Source: Octopus sinensis
Lineage: Eukaryota
Direction of reading: 5' to 3'
Assembly: GCF_006345805.1 (NCBI RefSeq)
Contig: NC_043001.1
Span: 31,806,001-31,870,000, forward strand
DNA: 64,000 bases
Positions 53,079 through 64,000 of the stretch are shown in pieces. The stretch's first letter is position 1, and each line of letters opens with the position of its first letter. A program made the position numbers and the translations under genes. The notes below the pieces were generated by a model. The model ran no database searches. It had not been told where the DNA came from and saw nothing but the letters and a program-made list of their open reading frames with translations.

Positions 53079-53259
53079 AACAACAAACAAGATGAGGGGA
53101 AATATCCGTCAAATGTAAATAATGTACATAATTCCTCATCTCTTAACTATAATAATTTTTCACTTATGCAAAATACTTTGGCCAAAACTGTTCGTAATGC
53201 ATTTTTTAAATGCTTATCCGTATTTTTTTTTATCAAATCAAAGATAGGTTCGCTTATAT

Positions 53260-53774
53260 TACCGTAAATCCTCGAGTATAGTCCGCCCTTGAGTATAATA
53301 CGCAAGAGATTTCTAGGGGGCTGTAGCACTGAAAAACTTAAACCTTGTGTATAATACGCACCCCTTTTCTAACTTGAGTCAAGGAGGTCTATATAACATC
53401 CTTGGTTTATAAAAAATGTATACGGTAACGTCCTTTATTATTATTGTATATATAACATAATGTAAACGTGTAGCTTTTTGTGCATTTTGTTTGCAGAAAA
53501 TAAAGAAATTACAGTAATAACGTTTAATAAATGTTGCTTACTGCAAGTTATGGATGATTCTTTTATGACTTCATTGCTCTCAGGCGTAGCTTAAGGTATT
53601 TTCGTGTCTGACATCACAAAATATGTTTGAATAAACATTGCCGGACAGCAAATCGAGACTCAGACATTGCTTAGAAAATAATTTTCATTTTTAACCTCGT
53701 ATACAGTACGCACAAGGAATTTTGACCTTTAAATTTTTGGGAAAAATGCGGATTATACTCGAGGATTTACGGTA
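53260..53774. mobile_element. pogo/Tigger-like MITE with perfect terminal inverted repeats
   Basis: taccgtaaatcctcgagtata / tatactcgaggatttacggta (21 bp including TA). Confidence 0.9.
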
Positions 53775-54214
53775 TGCTGATGAGGTAATCCCTGGCCTGC
53801 AAACAAATTCCTTCTCCAAAACATGTAAATTAACATTGAGAGATTACTTTATAATTTTTGAATTTATTTCTTCCTTTTATTCGAAAGCCATTAAGAACTA
53901 CTGCTAAGGTTTTTCTGTTCTTTCTCGTACTCGGGAATTATAATTATTTAAGAATTTCAATTTTTTTTCTTTTCGTTCTGTTCAATATATCACCTGATTT
54001 GAACATTCACTAGATTCGTCACATATGTCTTGTCGTCTGCTGAGCAAATAAACAACGACAGGTTGAAAGTGAAGGGTTAAGCGTACTTTAGTTTGAAATG
54101 CGTATCCGAAACGCCTTCCTCTTCTCTTTGGGACTTAAAAACTAACTATAAACTCAGTACACGCCTGCCATCGTCTTCAAAAAAAAAATCATATGATTAC
54201 GCCGAAGATGTACA

Positions 54215-54217
54215 ACG

Positions 54218-54260
<43 letters not shown>

Positions 54261-54314
54261 TAATAATAATAAATAATAATAATGGTGATAATGATAATGA
54301 TGATGATGACGATG

Positions 54315-54362
<48 letters not shown>

Positions 54363-54441
54363 GTAATAATAATAATAATAATAATGATAATAATAATAAA
54401 TAATAATAATGGTGATAATGATAATGATGATGATGACGATG

Positions 54442-54479
<38 letters not shown>

Positions 54480-54581
54480 TAATAGTAATAATAATAATAA
54501 TAATAATAATGATAATAATAATAAATAATAATAATGGTGATAATGATAATGATGATGATGACGATGATGATGATGACGATG

Positions 54582-54636
<55 letters not shown>

Positions 54637-54732
54637 TAATAAATTTCTTTAATTTTCAACCAGGGCGACGAAAGAGTAAAGAGATAAATGATGATGATGA
54701 GGAGAAGGAGGAGGATGGTGACAATGATAATA

Positions 54733-54764
<32 letters not shown>

Positions 54765-54900
54765 AATAATAATAATAATGACGATGATGACAACAACAAC
54801 GGTGATGACAACGACGACAACGACGATGATGATGACGACGACGATAATGATTATGATGACAACGACGACGATAATGATGATGATGATTATGATGATGATG
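54215..54900. repeat. (AAT)n/(GAT)n tract with ~125-bp higher-order repeat
   Basis: aaataataataatggtgataatgataatgatgatgatgacgatgat recurs at about 54270, 54397 and 54523. Confidence 0.9.
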
Positions 54901-55414
54901 ATATGAAGAAAGAAAAGAGAAATTAGAGTCCATTGTCCTAGAGCTTTGCTATCTTACTATGTGTTTTCTATGTGATATGCAAATGTTGAAGATGACAATT
55001 TTAAAGAACAGCAAAAAGAATAACAATGGCAACAAAAAGGAAAACAAAAAAAAAACACCCAGTAAGCATAGAGAAACGAAAAGGCAACAATAACAGCAAA
55101 AATGACGATGACAACGGCGATGATGATGATGATGATGACGACGAATACAACGACGACGATGACGACGAGGAACACACACCAGATGAACCACTGAACAGAC
55201 TCGAGATGAGAGTAGGCTTTGACAAGCAAGAACTGTAGACATAGAAAATAAGATACGTCTCACTATGGTGACTGTGGCCGATATTTTATGTTCAGCACAG
55301 CTTCTTATAACAATGCTTCGCTCTTGCATTCACTGGTGTACGTTTATTCGTTCGTCTACGCAGGCATATACATACATGTGTGTATGAGTGTGCGTGCGTG
55401 CGTGTGTGTGTGTG

Positions 55415-55457
<43 letters not shown>

Positions 55458-55524
55458 CGTATATGTGTGTGAGCGTCTCTCTATGTATGAATGTGTCAGC
55501 GTGTGTGCATACGTATATCTATGG

Positions 55525-55574
<50 letters not shown>

Positions 55575-55813
55575 ACATATGGCTACTTTCACACTCTTGT
55601 TATATATATATATTATATATATATATGCACATACATATACACACGCATATACATGTATGTATATTTATTTATATATGTATTATATATCCCTATATGCATA
55701 TATATACGTATATAGATATAAATATATATAACAATATATTTATAAATAAAATATATACATTTATACGATATATATAGAGAGACATATACAAATACCATAC
55801 ATACATACATACA

Positions 55814-55863
<50 letters not shown>

Positions 55864-56374
55864 CACATACACACGCATATGTATATACATACGCACATAA
55901 AGAAGCAATTACTTTGCGGAATAGACTCCTGTAAAGGTACACAGGTACACACACAAACACATCCATACATACATATATATATTCCCAAATATGTAGAAAG
56001 ATACGCAGGTATAAATACACTCACGCTTTCTTACATCTATACATACACATTCACATAAACACACACATACTTGGTTTTATCTCCGAACCAAAATAATAAA
56101 CCTCTTCCCATATTTTCCTTAACGTGAATACATACTTACGTGTTCTACTGGACACCCATCAATTAACCCCTACTCTAATACTTTCTTCGTTTCATTTTCA
56201 AAAGTTGTTCAAAAAATTGCCCCAATATATATTAAGCCTTTTCAACTTGACAGTTGAACCTTTCTATTTTGAAGTTGATTACCGGAAAAAAACCCCCCAA
56301 ACCCCCAGAAATAGGAAGAAAATGTGATATTGTAAATTATTGTACAATCGCGAAAATATTTCGCTTAAATAGGG

Positions 56375-56713
56375 GCAGGCATGACTGTGTGATAAGAAGC
56401 TTTCTTACCAATCATACAATTCCGGGTTCAGTCTCACTGCGTGCCACCGTGAGCAAGTGTCTTCTACTATAGTCACGGGCCGACCAAATCCTTGTGAGAA
56501 GATTTGGTAGACGGAAATTGAAAGAAGCATGTCGTATATATATATATAATTATTTTACTTGTTTCAGTCATTTGACTGCGGCCATGCTGCAGCACCGCCT
56601 TTAGTCGTGCAAATCGACCACAGGACTTATTCTTTGTAAGCCTAGTACTTATTCTATTGGTTTCTTTTGCCGCTAAGTTAAACGATGTTGGGGGTACAAA
56701 CACAGACACACAA

Positions 56714-56754
<41 letters not shown>

Positions 56755-56781
56755 TACACACACACACACACACAAACATAA

Positions 56782-56829
<48 letters not shown>

Positions 56830-56940
56830 ATTTACGACGGCTTCTTTCAGTTTCCGTCTACCAAATCCGCTCACAAGGCTTTGGTCGGCCCGAGGCTATA
56901 GTAGAAGACACTTGCTACTTACCACGCAGCCACTCCTGCA
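56375..56940. mobile_element. Family A head (plus, 56375-56540) followed by an inverted family A copy (minus, 56553-56940)
   Basis: Both heads recognisable and in opposite orientation. Confidence 0.85.
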
Positions 56941-57237
56941 CCTATGCATTGGTCATTAAATTTTTATATAAGTAGCTACCATAAGTTAACGATCAAGCGT
57001 TACGAAATAGTCACAAAAATACCGATGTTATTTTTAGTCGTTGCGTCAGGCTAAATGTGGTGGAATGGCAGAGTTGGTAGCGCCTCACGCAATGTTTGGT
57101 TTTGAAATATCTATTCATACCATACTAAATTCTGAGTTCAAATCTTCACAAGGTCAGCTTTACTTCTCCATCCTTTATTTCGTTAGCCCACATTGCTCTG
57201 TAAAGAGCATAGCGTAGTGACCATTTCATACAAGTGG

Positions 57238-57499
57238 ACTACATTTTTTGATCCAAGGAGAGGGGGTGAGCCAATTTTATATCAACATCTATTTTGATTA
57301 TTTTGGACACCCAGAAGTATACATTTTAATTTTACCAGGATTTGATATAATTTCCCATATTGCTTCTCATTCTTTTAAAAAAGAAACTTTCGGAAGACTC
57401 GGAATAATTTACGCAATACTATCAATTGGACTTTTAGGATTCATTGTTTGAGCACATCATATATTTACAGTTGGTATAGACGTAGATACACGAGCATAC
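57238..57499 (+). pseudogene. cox1: Nuclear mitochondrial insertion (NUMT) of cytochrome c oxidase subunit I, ~260 bp
   Basis: Invertebrate mito code: [20 protein letters not shown][+1 nt][66 protein letters not shown]; TGA=W, ATA=M; frameshift near 57300. Confidence 0.95.
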
Positions 57500-57835
57500 C
57501 TCTTGATTCCGATCAAGAGGGACAGATTACTTTCGTTTCATCCTCCACGCATCCTTTCTAGGTCTTCTTAGGTCGTCCAACTTTCCTCTTTGTTCTCGGT
57601 TACCAGTCTAACACTTGTCTTGCAACACTGCTGGGAGGTCTCCTCGGAGTGTACACGATCCAACTCCTCTTCCCTTCCAGAGTTTCTTGATTGATCGGAG
57701 TTTCGTTTTTTCTATCCCACAGACTTCTGTCAGAAAGTTTGTCCGGCCACCAAATCTTGAGGATGCTGCCGACATTTGTTGACGAATGTCTGTAGCTTAC
57801 ACTTTATGGCTTTGGTGACCCTCCAAGATTCTGAG
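57500..57835 (-). mobile_element. RTE-clade LINE 3' fragment abutting the NUMT
   Basis: ESWRVTKAIKCKLQTFVNKC...SSVARQVLDW*PRTKRKVGRPKKT. Confidence 0.8.
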
Positions 57836-57923
57836 GTTGGAATTTCAGATGTGGAGCGATAAAATAAAGCAAGGATGAAATAAAGGGGTAAATTTAATCG
57901 AGATTTTCTATCATTGCACTCGT

Positions 57924-58130
57924 GGAGGCACGTGGATTACTGGTTAGGGTGCTGGACTCATGATGCATTGTGTTCTTGAGCAAAACACTTCATTTCACTT
58001 TGCTCCAGTCTCCTCAAATGGCAGAAATGAGTAATCCTACGACGGACCGCGTCCCGTCCAGGAGGAGAATTTATACGCCATGTAAACCGGGAAACCGGCC
58101 CTTATGAGTCGGTAGGACTCGAGAAGTAAC
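57924..58130 (+). mobile_element. SINE family C (head partly deleted)
   Basis: ggaggcacgtgg..tgtgttcttgagcaaaacacttcatttcac.ttgctccagtc..aaatgagtaa..ggaccgcgtcccgtccagg. Confidence 0.8.
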
Positions 58131-58481
58131 CCATCTTTGCACTCACCAAAATATGTGACCATATGTTAACATTTAATATATTAGATAACCGATGGTGATG
58201 AGTGACAGAAATGATAAGGCGATGACTTCATGCACTTCGCAATGTGTTCACTTACTTTCTGAGATGAAAAATCTGCCGAATTCCATCCTTCAAGAGTCAG
58301 CATAATATATACCAGTAATATACGAAGGCCAGACGAAAGAAAAAAAGAAACCTCTATGTGGTCACAAAGAAGTCTATGTGGTCGGATGTTCTGCTAGAAA
58401 TAAGAGCTAAATCTCCATCAGACAACAGCTTTCCATCATAAAAAGAATGGTATATTGTATATCACGAGAATGACAATAATG

Positions 58482-58526
<45 letters not shown>

Positions 58527-59096
58527 CCCATACACACAAATATCTTTGTATGTATATATCAATAGCTTACTTTTTTGTTACGGTAAGATAAAAAGTATTC
58601 TATCCGGTGAGAGATAAATATCGTTTTATGTACACAGAATGTAGTTATGAGCTGCTAATAGTCTCATTCATTAGAGATGTGGTCTAGACAGGTTTTTATA
58701 ACTCGCCTAGGGTCTCCAAGTAATCTTCAAGCTCAGAGCGCCTGGCCTATACAGGTTACAAATCAGGACGATAGTACAGAAGAAATCACGAGGAAAAAAA
58801 AGGAGAGGAAGGCGGATGTGAAACGTGGAATGGTGATAAGTCTACCTCTAAATGTATGTATATAAGATTAAATTATGAAGTTGCCCGGAAAGATCTGAGC
58901 GTTTTTAAGCTAAATCTATTAACTTATTACTGAACACACCTGAAACGTAACACAGTTAAAACTTTGGCGTTGCTTGAAGTGGTTGTGCGTCTCTTCTTCG
59001 TTCCTGACTAAAAATAGATTTATCTTTCATTCCGGTTACCCATTATTGACAGTTGAAATGGGTAGCCAAAAAATTTTATATTCACGTTGTAATGTA

Positions 59097-59220
59097 TGTA
59101 TATCATTTTTTTGTTGTTTATTTCAGTATTTCTTTCCAATAGAGAAACAACCGGTTTCTAACCTAGATCCAAGGCTCCTTCATTGGAATTTCAACATCAA
59201 CAATAAGGTATTTTTGTTTG
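59097..59220 (-). mobile_element. RLE LINE distal tail in (TATG)n
   Basis: ccaatagagaaacaaccggtttctaacctagatccaaggctccttcattggaatttcaac. Confidence 0.75.
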
Positions 59221-59257
59221 TATGTATGTATGTGTATTCATGTTTGTGTATATATAT

Positions 59258-59296
<39 letters not shown>

Positions 59297-59297
<1 letters not shown>

Positions 59298-59504
59298 ACG
59301 GGAAGCTTTATGAAAATAAACAAAAGACGAAGGCAGGTGGAATACAAACAAACAATTGTATTAGTATGGCGCTCAGGAATATAAATAAAACAAGTCTTTT
59401 ACGTTTCGAGCCTACGCTCTTCAACAGAAAGATACACAGAAAAGAAACACGGAGAGAAACAAGGAGAGAAAAAACATGCGTGCAGAAGCTAGCGAATCAC
59501 ATGA

Positions 59505-59510
<6 letters not shown>
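59297..59510 (-). mobile_element. pLTR-like unit with A6U hammerhead-like motif (59395-59432)
   Basis: Reverse complement: TCTTT CTGTTGA A GAGC gtag GCTC GAAAC GTA AAAGA (5-bp stem I). Confidence 0.7.
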
Positions 59511-59573
<63 letters not shown>

Positions 59574-59622
59574 TATATGTATGTATGTATGCATGTATGT
59601 TTGTATGTATGTGTATACGAAT

Positions 59623-59836
59623 GGAGGCACGTTGCTTAGTGCTTAATGCTGTTTGCACTCACAATCGTAATATTGTGGCTTCGATTCCTGAACCCCTTGA
59701 TAACTTGTGCTCTTGAGCAAAACACATCATTTCACGTTGCTGCAGTTTCCTCAGTCGGCAAAAATGAATAATACTGTAGATGTAATGGCGTCCCGTCCAG
59801 AATGAGTGGGAGAATACATACGCCAGGATGGACCTT
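59623..59836 (+). mobile_element. SINE family C, diverged
   Basis: ggaggcacgttgcttagtgc..ctcttgagcaaaacacatcatttcacgttgctgcagt..ggcaaaaatgaata..ggcgtcccgtccag. Confidence 0.8.
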
Positions 59837-60146
59837 TGATCCTTTTTTTTCTTTTTATTGATATATTTGTGCATAAGCTTGTAATTATTACCTTTATTAT
59901 CTTTATCATCTTTAATTGATATGATTTTCTTACCGCATTTACTTGACAATGTGTATTTTGTCTTGTACTGGTCAAATCTTGCATGTCATTGGATCTTTAG
60001 AGTAGGCTATTGCATCATTTCCATCACTCTTGTGCTTTCTTTATGTATTTGCATCGAGATACCATGGGTTGTATTAAAAAGCATCCGAGTTGCGAGTATA
60101 CGCCCGAGCACGTGCAAACACATACACTCATACACGCACGCACGCG

Positions 60147-60177
<31 letters not shown>

Positions 60178-60544
60178 GAACATTGTATGTTTGGGTGGAT
60201 AACGAGAATATATGTTATTTGCCTTCCAATGTTTATTAGTATAAAAGAGCGGAAAGAAAGAGAAAAGTGATTCATGTACAATAAAGTGTTCCGCTCAGAG
60301 ATATAATGAAATAACTGACTCATTATTTAGTAGTCCAATATGTTATATACTTTGGTATTCCTTCCGTCCAAAGTAGGAAAGTTTTGCTTATGAAAAACGC
60401 CTAGATAAACTTTCGTACTATTGAATTCTAGGACTTACTATCTTTGGTGATCGAAATCCTGGCTGTATAGCTAAGGCTGTATCATGAAGGTTATAAAATA
60501 TCTTATCTTCACCTACGCCAAACTGCTGCTGCATATTTTTATAT

Positions 60545-60972
60545 AATAATGTTCACTCAATAGTGGAGAACTAGTCCAGAAACCTTGACGTTATCAAAGA
60601 AGCTTGAGAGGCGGTTGGATGGAACTTATACTCGCCTCCTTATGAGAGCTCAAAATCTCTCGTGGAAGCGTCAACCAACCAAAGTACAAATATATGGGAA
60701 ATTACCACCTGTATCATTTCTTGTAGAAGAGTCCAGTTTGTTGGACATTGTTGCAGAGCTGAAAACGAGGTAATTTCTACTATTCTCCTCTGGAAGCCAT
60801 CTGCTCGCGATACCAGAGGGCGCACACTCTCCTACCCTGATGTAATCTCAAGGGATACAGGCATCCAGCAACAGGACTTCCGTAATCCTATGATGGACCG
60901 TGAGGTCTGGCGTAACATGGTAAATTCCATTGTCTTGACCACGGTCGAACAATGATGATGATGATGATGATA
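60545..60972 (+). mobile_element. RTE/RTE-X-type LINE 3' end with (TGA)n tail
   Basis: TLSKKLERRLDGTYTRLLMRAQNLSWK..VQFVGHCCRAENEVISTILLWKP..DREVWR followed by tgatgatgatga. Confidence 0.8.
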
Positions 60973-61339
60973 TATTCCAAGTGAAGTTTGTATCCTCTCA
61001 AAACATCATTTTGTAGATGAGTAAAAAAAATATTCAACAATAAGCTAGAGTTGCATTTCCGCCACAAAACTTATTTCGCTCTCTTCAGCACCTATATTTA
61101 TTACAATGGCATATATTCTTCTTTGAAATTACTAACATTATTCAACTTAAATCAAAACCAGCTACTTTAATACAACCCTTTGTGTTTTCCGTTAACCTCA
61201 CTCTCTTATCCTTATGTCCTACATTAAGAAGTAAAATATTTCTCATACACGCCCTTTCCACGAATAATATCCCTCAGTGCATTTCTTCCACCTTCCAACC
61301 CTTAAAAGCACATTCTGAAAATCAAGCGAATTAACTTAC

Positions 61340-61404
61340 CCAAATCTTCCTATATCTTCAAGAAAGACCTTCAGAAGCCATGAGCATTGCTCTTTCTCCG
61401 CAGA
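61340..61404 (-). CDS. Candidate 65-nt internal coding exon of an unidentified host gene (SAEKEQCSWLLKVFLEDIGRF..)
   Basis: Reverse complement: ttttgttcatttgttatttgtatattttAG | exon | GTAAGT; exactly one of three frames is open; non-repetitive context. No homology recognised. Confidence 0.45.
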
Positions 61405-62201
61405 CTAAAATATACAAATAACAAATGAACAAAATTAATAAAGATTTCTTATATAAAAACATAGCTTTCACAATTACATGTAAAGAGATGAAATTGTGTG
61501 ACGTCCACAGTTTTTGCTGTGCAGTAAAGACATAAGTGAAACAGAAAATACATTGTGAATTCAATTCAAATGGAGCTTACTGTCATTTATGATGAAACAT
61601 GGTAGAGTTAGTCCTTTAAATTATTAACTATGTGTATTGATTTCATTAGCTACTCATGCTGCTTATAGAGCAAAGTGAACTGGGAAATAAGGCATATTGC
61701 CTCTCCAAAGATATTAGAAACTATTGTAAGTTGTTGGAACTCCAGTAGATCATCAGAAACGATGTTACACACTTTATTACTTCGGAGATAATGTTTAGTC
61801 AATGATGCAAATAGTAAACACTGAATATACTTGAAACTTTTATCAAGGTTTGTTTAAAACAAAATCAAAAATAAACAAACAAACTTCCCTTCTATCAGAC
61901 TAGAATTTCAGAATTCTCTAGTTTTGAAGTCCTCAAAAATGACTTACAAACTATCAAAAAACAATATTTATGGAAAAATGCTACATAATGACATTTTCAA
62001 AATTAAATAAACATCATTTTTTGATTAGAGTAACATCCAACATCCTAGAAAACTAGGTTAGCATCTGAAAGGCTAGCTCCACTCTTCAGGACCAGAAAAT
62101 ATCTCACCCTCCAACAGCAGCTGAGGCTCCAACCTCAAGTGAGGTCCACACTTACATACATACATATATACATACATACATACATACACACACACACATA
62201 T

Positions 62202-62247
<46 letters not shown>

Positions 62248-62603
62248 TATATATATATATGTACGTGTGTGTGTGTATATGTATATATATCCTTAAATTT
62301 CAATTATGTGAAACGTTTTTGAGTGTGCTCATAAAAAGCTCCTGTGCTATTTATTTCGGTTACTGCCTATTATTCCCATCTTCCAGAGTAATTTTATGGG
62401 ATGGTAATTCGTCTGGTGCCGCTATAGCGAAGGATGACTATAACAAGAATTTTTGAACGGAAATTTAATTCATTGCTACGTACGTATCCACAAACCACAT
62501 ATTTCTGTTGCTGTGTTCCCCATTCATGGAAACGTATGTAGCAATGCATTGGAGGATTTGTGAATTTCCATTCAAAAGTCCTAGTATATATATAATATAT
62601 ATA

Positions 62604-62643
<40 letters not shown>

Positions 62644-62675
62644 GTACACACATACATGAGTATTATATATATATA

Positions 62676-63095
62676 GGCACAGGAGTGTCTGTGTGGTAAG
62701 TAGCTTGCGTACCAACCACATGGTTCCGGGTTCATTCCCACCGCGTGGCACCTTGGGCAAGTATCTTCTACTATATACCCTCGGGCCGACCAAAAGCTTG
62801 TAAGTGGATTTGGTAGACGGAATCTGAAAGAAGCCCGTCGTATATGTGTGTATATATATATATATGTGTGTGTGTGAATATGTTTGTGTGTCTATGTTTG
62901 TCCCCCCCCCCACCATCGCTTGACAACCGATGCTGGTGTGTTTACGTCCCCGTAACTTAACGGTTCGGCAAAAGAGACCGATAGAATAAGTACTAGGCTT
63001 ACAAAGAATAAGTCCTGTGGTCGATTTGCGCTACTATAAGCGGTGCTCCAGCATGGTCGCAGTCAAATGACTGAAACAAGTAAAAGAGTAAAAGA
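62676..63095 (+). mobile_element. SINE family A
   Basis: Head-(TA)n-tail. Confidence 0.9.
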
Positions 63096-63365
63096 TATAT
63101 ATACACACACGCACGTACACACACACACGCACCCCCCCCCACGCGCACACACACACACACACACACATATGTATACAGGTATACATACATGCATATATGT
63201 GTATGACACTATCAAAGGGCAATTTTCCAAAAAGAAGCGATCTTAATTTTTTTAACATACAGAATTTATTAGATGCAGTACTAAAAACACTTGGAAAGCA
63301 TTCCAAGTGGGTTATAATCAAAGCAATGATTTAAACGTCCAATCAGCAAGACGAATACATGTTAT

Positions 63366-63880
63366 ATCTATATATATAAAACTATAGTTGTGTGAGTGTC
63401 TGTCTCCTACGATTTAGATTCCTAACTCCTCCCACATTTTGCGGTGCAGTTTAACCAAATTCGGGTATCTTATAGTCGTGATTAATATCGAGCCTGTCTG
63501 GCTATTAGCGCGCGTCTACGATGAGTCTACGATTTTAAAAATAATTTAACATCATTTTTTATTCCATTTTAATGCATAATCTTTCGTGTGTCGATGGCGG
63601 CGGAGTTGGCGTCCATGGTCACACCTGCACCTGTTTGCTTCTCCTCCTTCTTCCCTCCCTCGTGAAGCTGTGGGGAAGGGAGTTTAAGGAAATCAACGTC
63701 GTAATGCGTTGTCAAGGAGACCAGCGTTCTTTTAGAACAACGACTTCATGGCTTGAAGACACCAAAACAGAAATGGCTAAGAAAGCCCGAATTGGCATCT
63801 ATAAAGGAAGTAACTCTCTAAAAATGCTTATATAGTTATTTCCCTTACAAACACGAGCAACGCCGGGCGATACTGCTAGT
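63366..63880 (-). mobile_element. Non-autonomous Helentron-type (HINE-like) element
   Basis: Reverse complement starts actagcagtatcgcccggcgttgctcg and ends ..tttatatatatagat; same termini as 14776-15161. Confidence 0.7.
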
Positions 63881-64000
63881 TCTTTCTAATTCTAACAGAG
63901 CTTCATAATTCAAATGAGGTTAATTTTGATACAAAATTAATTTTTAAAGGATGTTAATGTTCAAATAAGATAAGACATAGGCGTGTTCTATAAACTAAAA

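Noticed and set aside
57248-57451. Functional cox1 or mitochondrial contig
   Set aside because: 260-bp fragment with a frameshift and substitutions at conserved residues, embedded in nuclear repeats.

Overview
AT-rich eukaryotic nuclear DNA, almost certainly coleoid cephalopod (Octopus-like). The basis is a cox1 NUMT that reads in the invertebrate mitochondrial code with octopod-like residues, plus octopus-type tRNA-SINEs and very dense (TA)n/(TATG)n/(CTAT)n/(AAT)n microsatellites. There is no complete protein-coding gene. Nearly all ORFs in the supplied track are microsatellite artefacts or transposon relics. The window is a transposon and microsatellite graveyard containing R4/Dong-like and other RLE-type LINEs, CR1/L2 and RTE fragments, two Penelope-like elements, Tc1/mariner (including a DD41D element), pogo-type, hAT and Helentron-type MITEs, at least five SINE-like families (labelled A-E here, my own labels) and one 100-N gap. 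Most notable: (1) a 4.4-kb, ~115-copy 38-bp minisatellite (21405-25842) that is not a CRISPR and appears to have grown out of the junction of a chimeric SINE, with both parent SINEs present in the window; (2) about a dozen minimal type-I hammerhead-ribozyme-like motifs in short Penelope-associated repeats, including family-wide non-canonical cores (A6U, U4C) and one intact copy in the loop of a 50-bp inverted repeat; (3) a (TACA)n-embedded RLE LINE family, all copies in one orientation; (4) a cox1 NUMT fused directly to an RTE fragment; (5) one plausible 65-nt host coding exon on the minus strand. All coordinates were read by eye. Element edges are approximate (about 10-20 bp) unless TSDs or TIRs are quoted.
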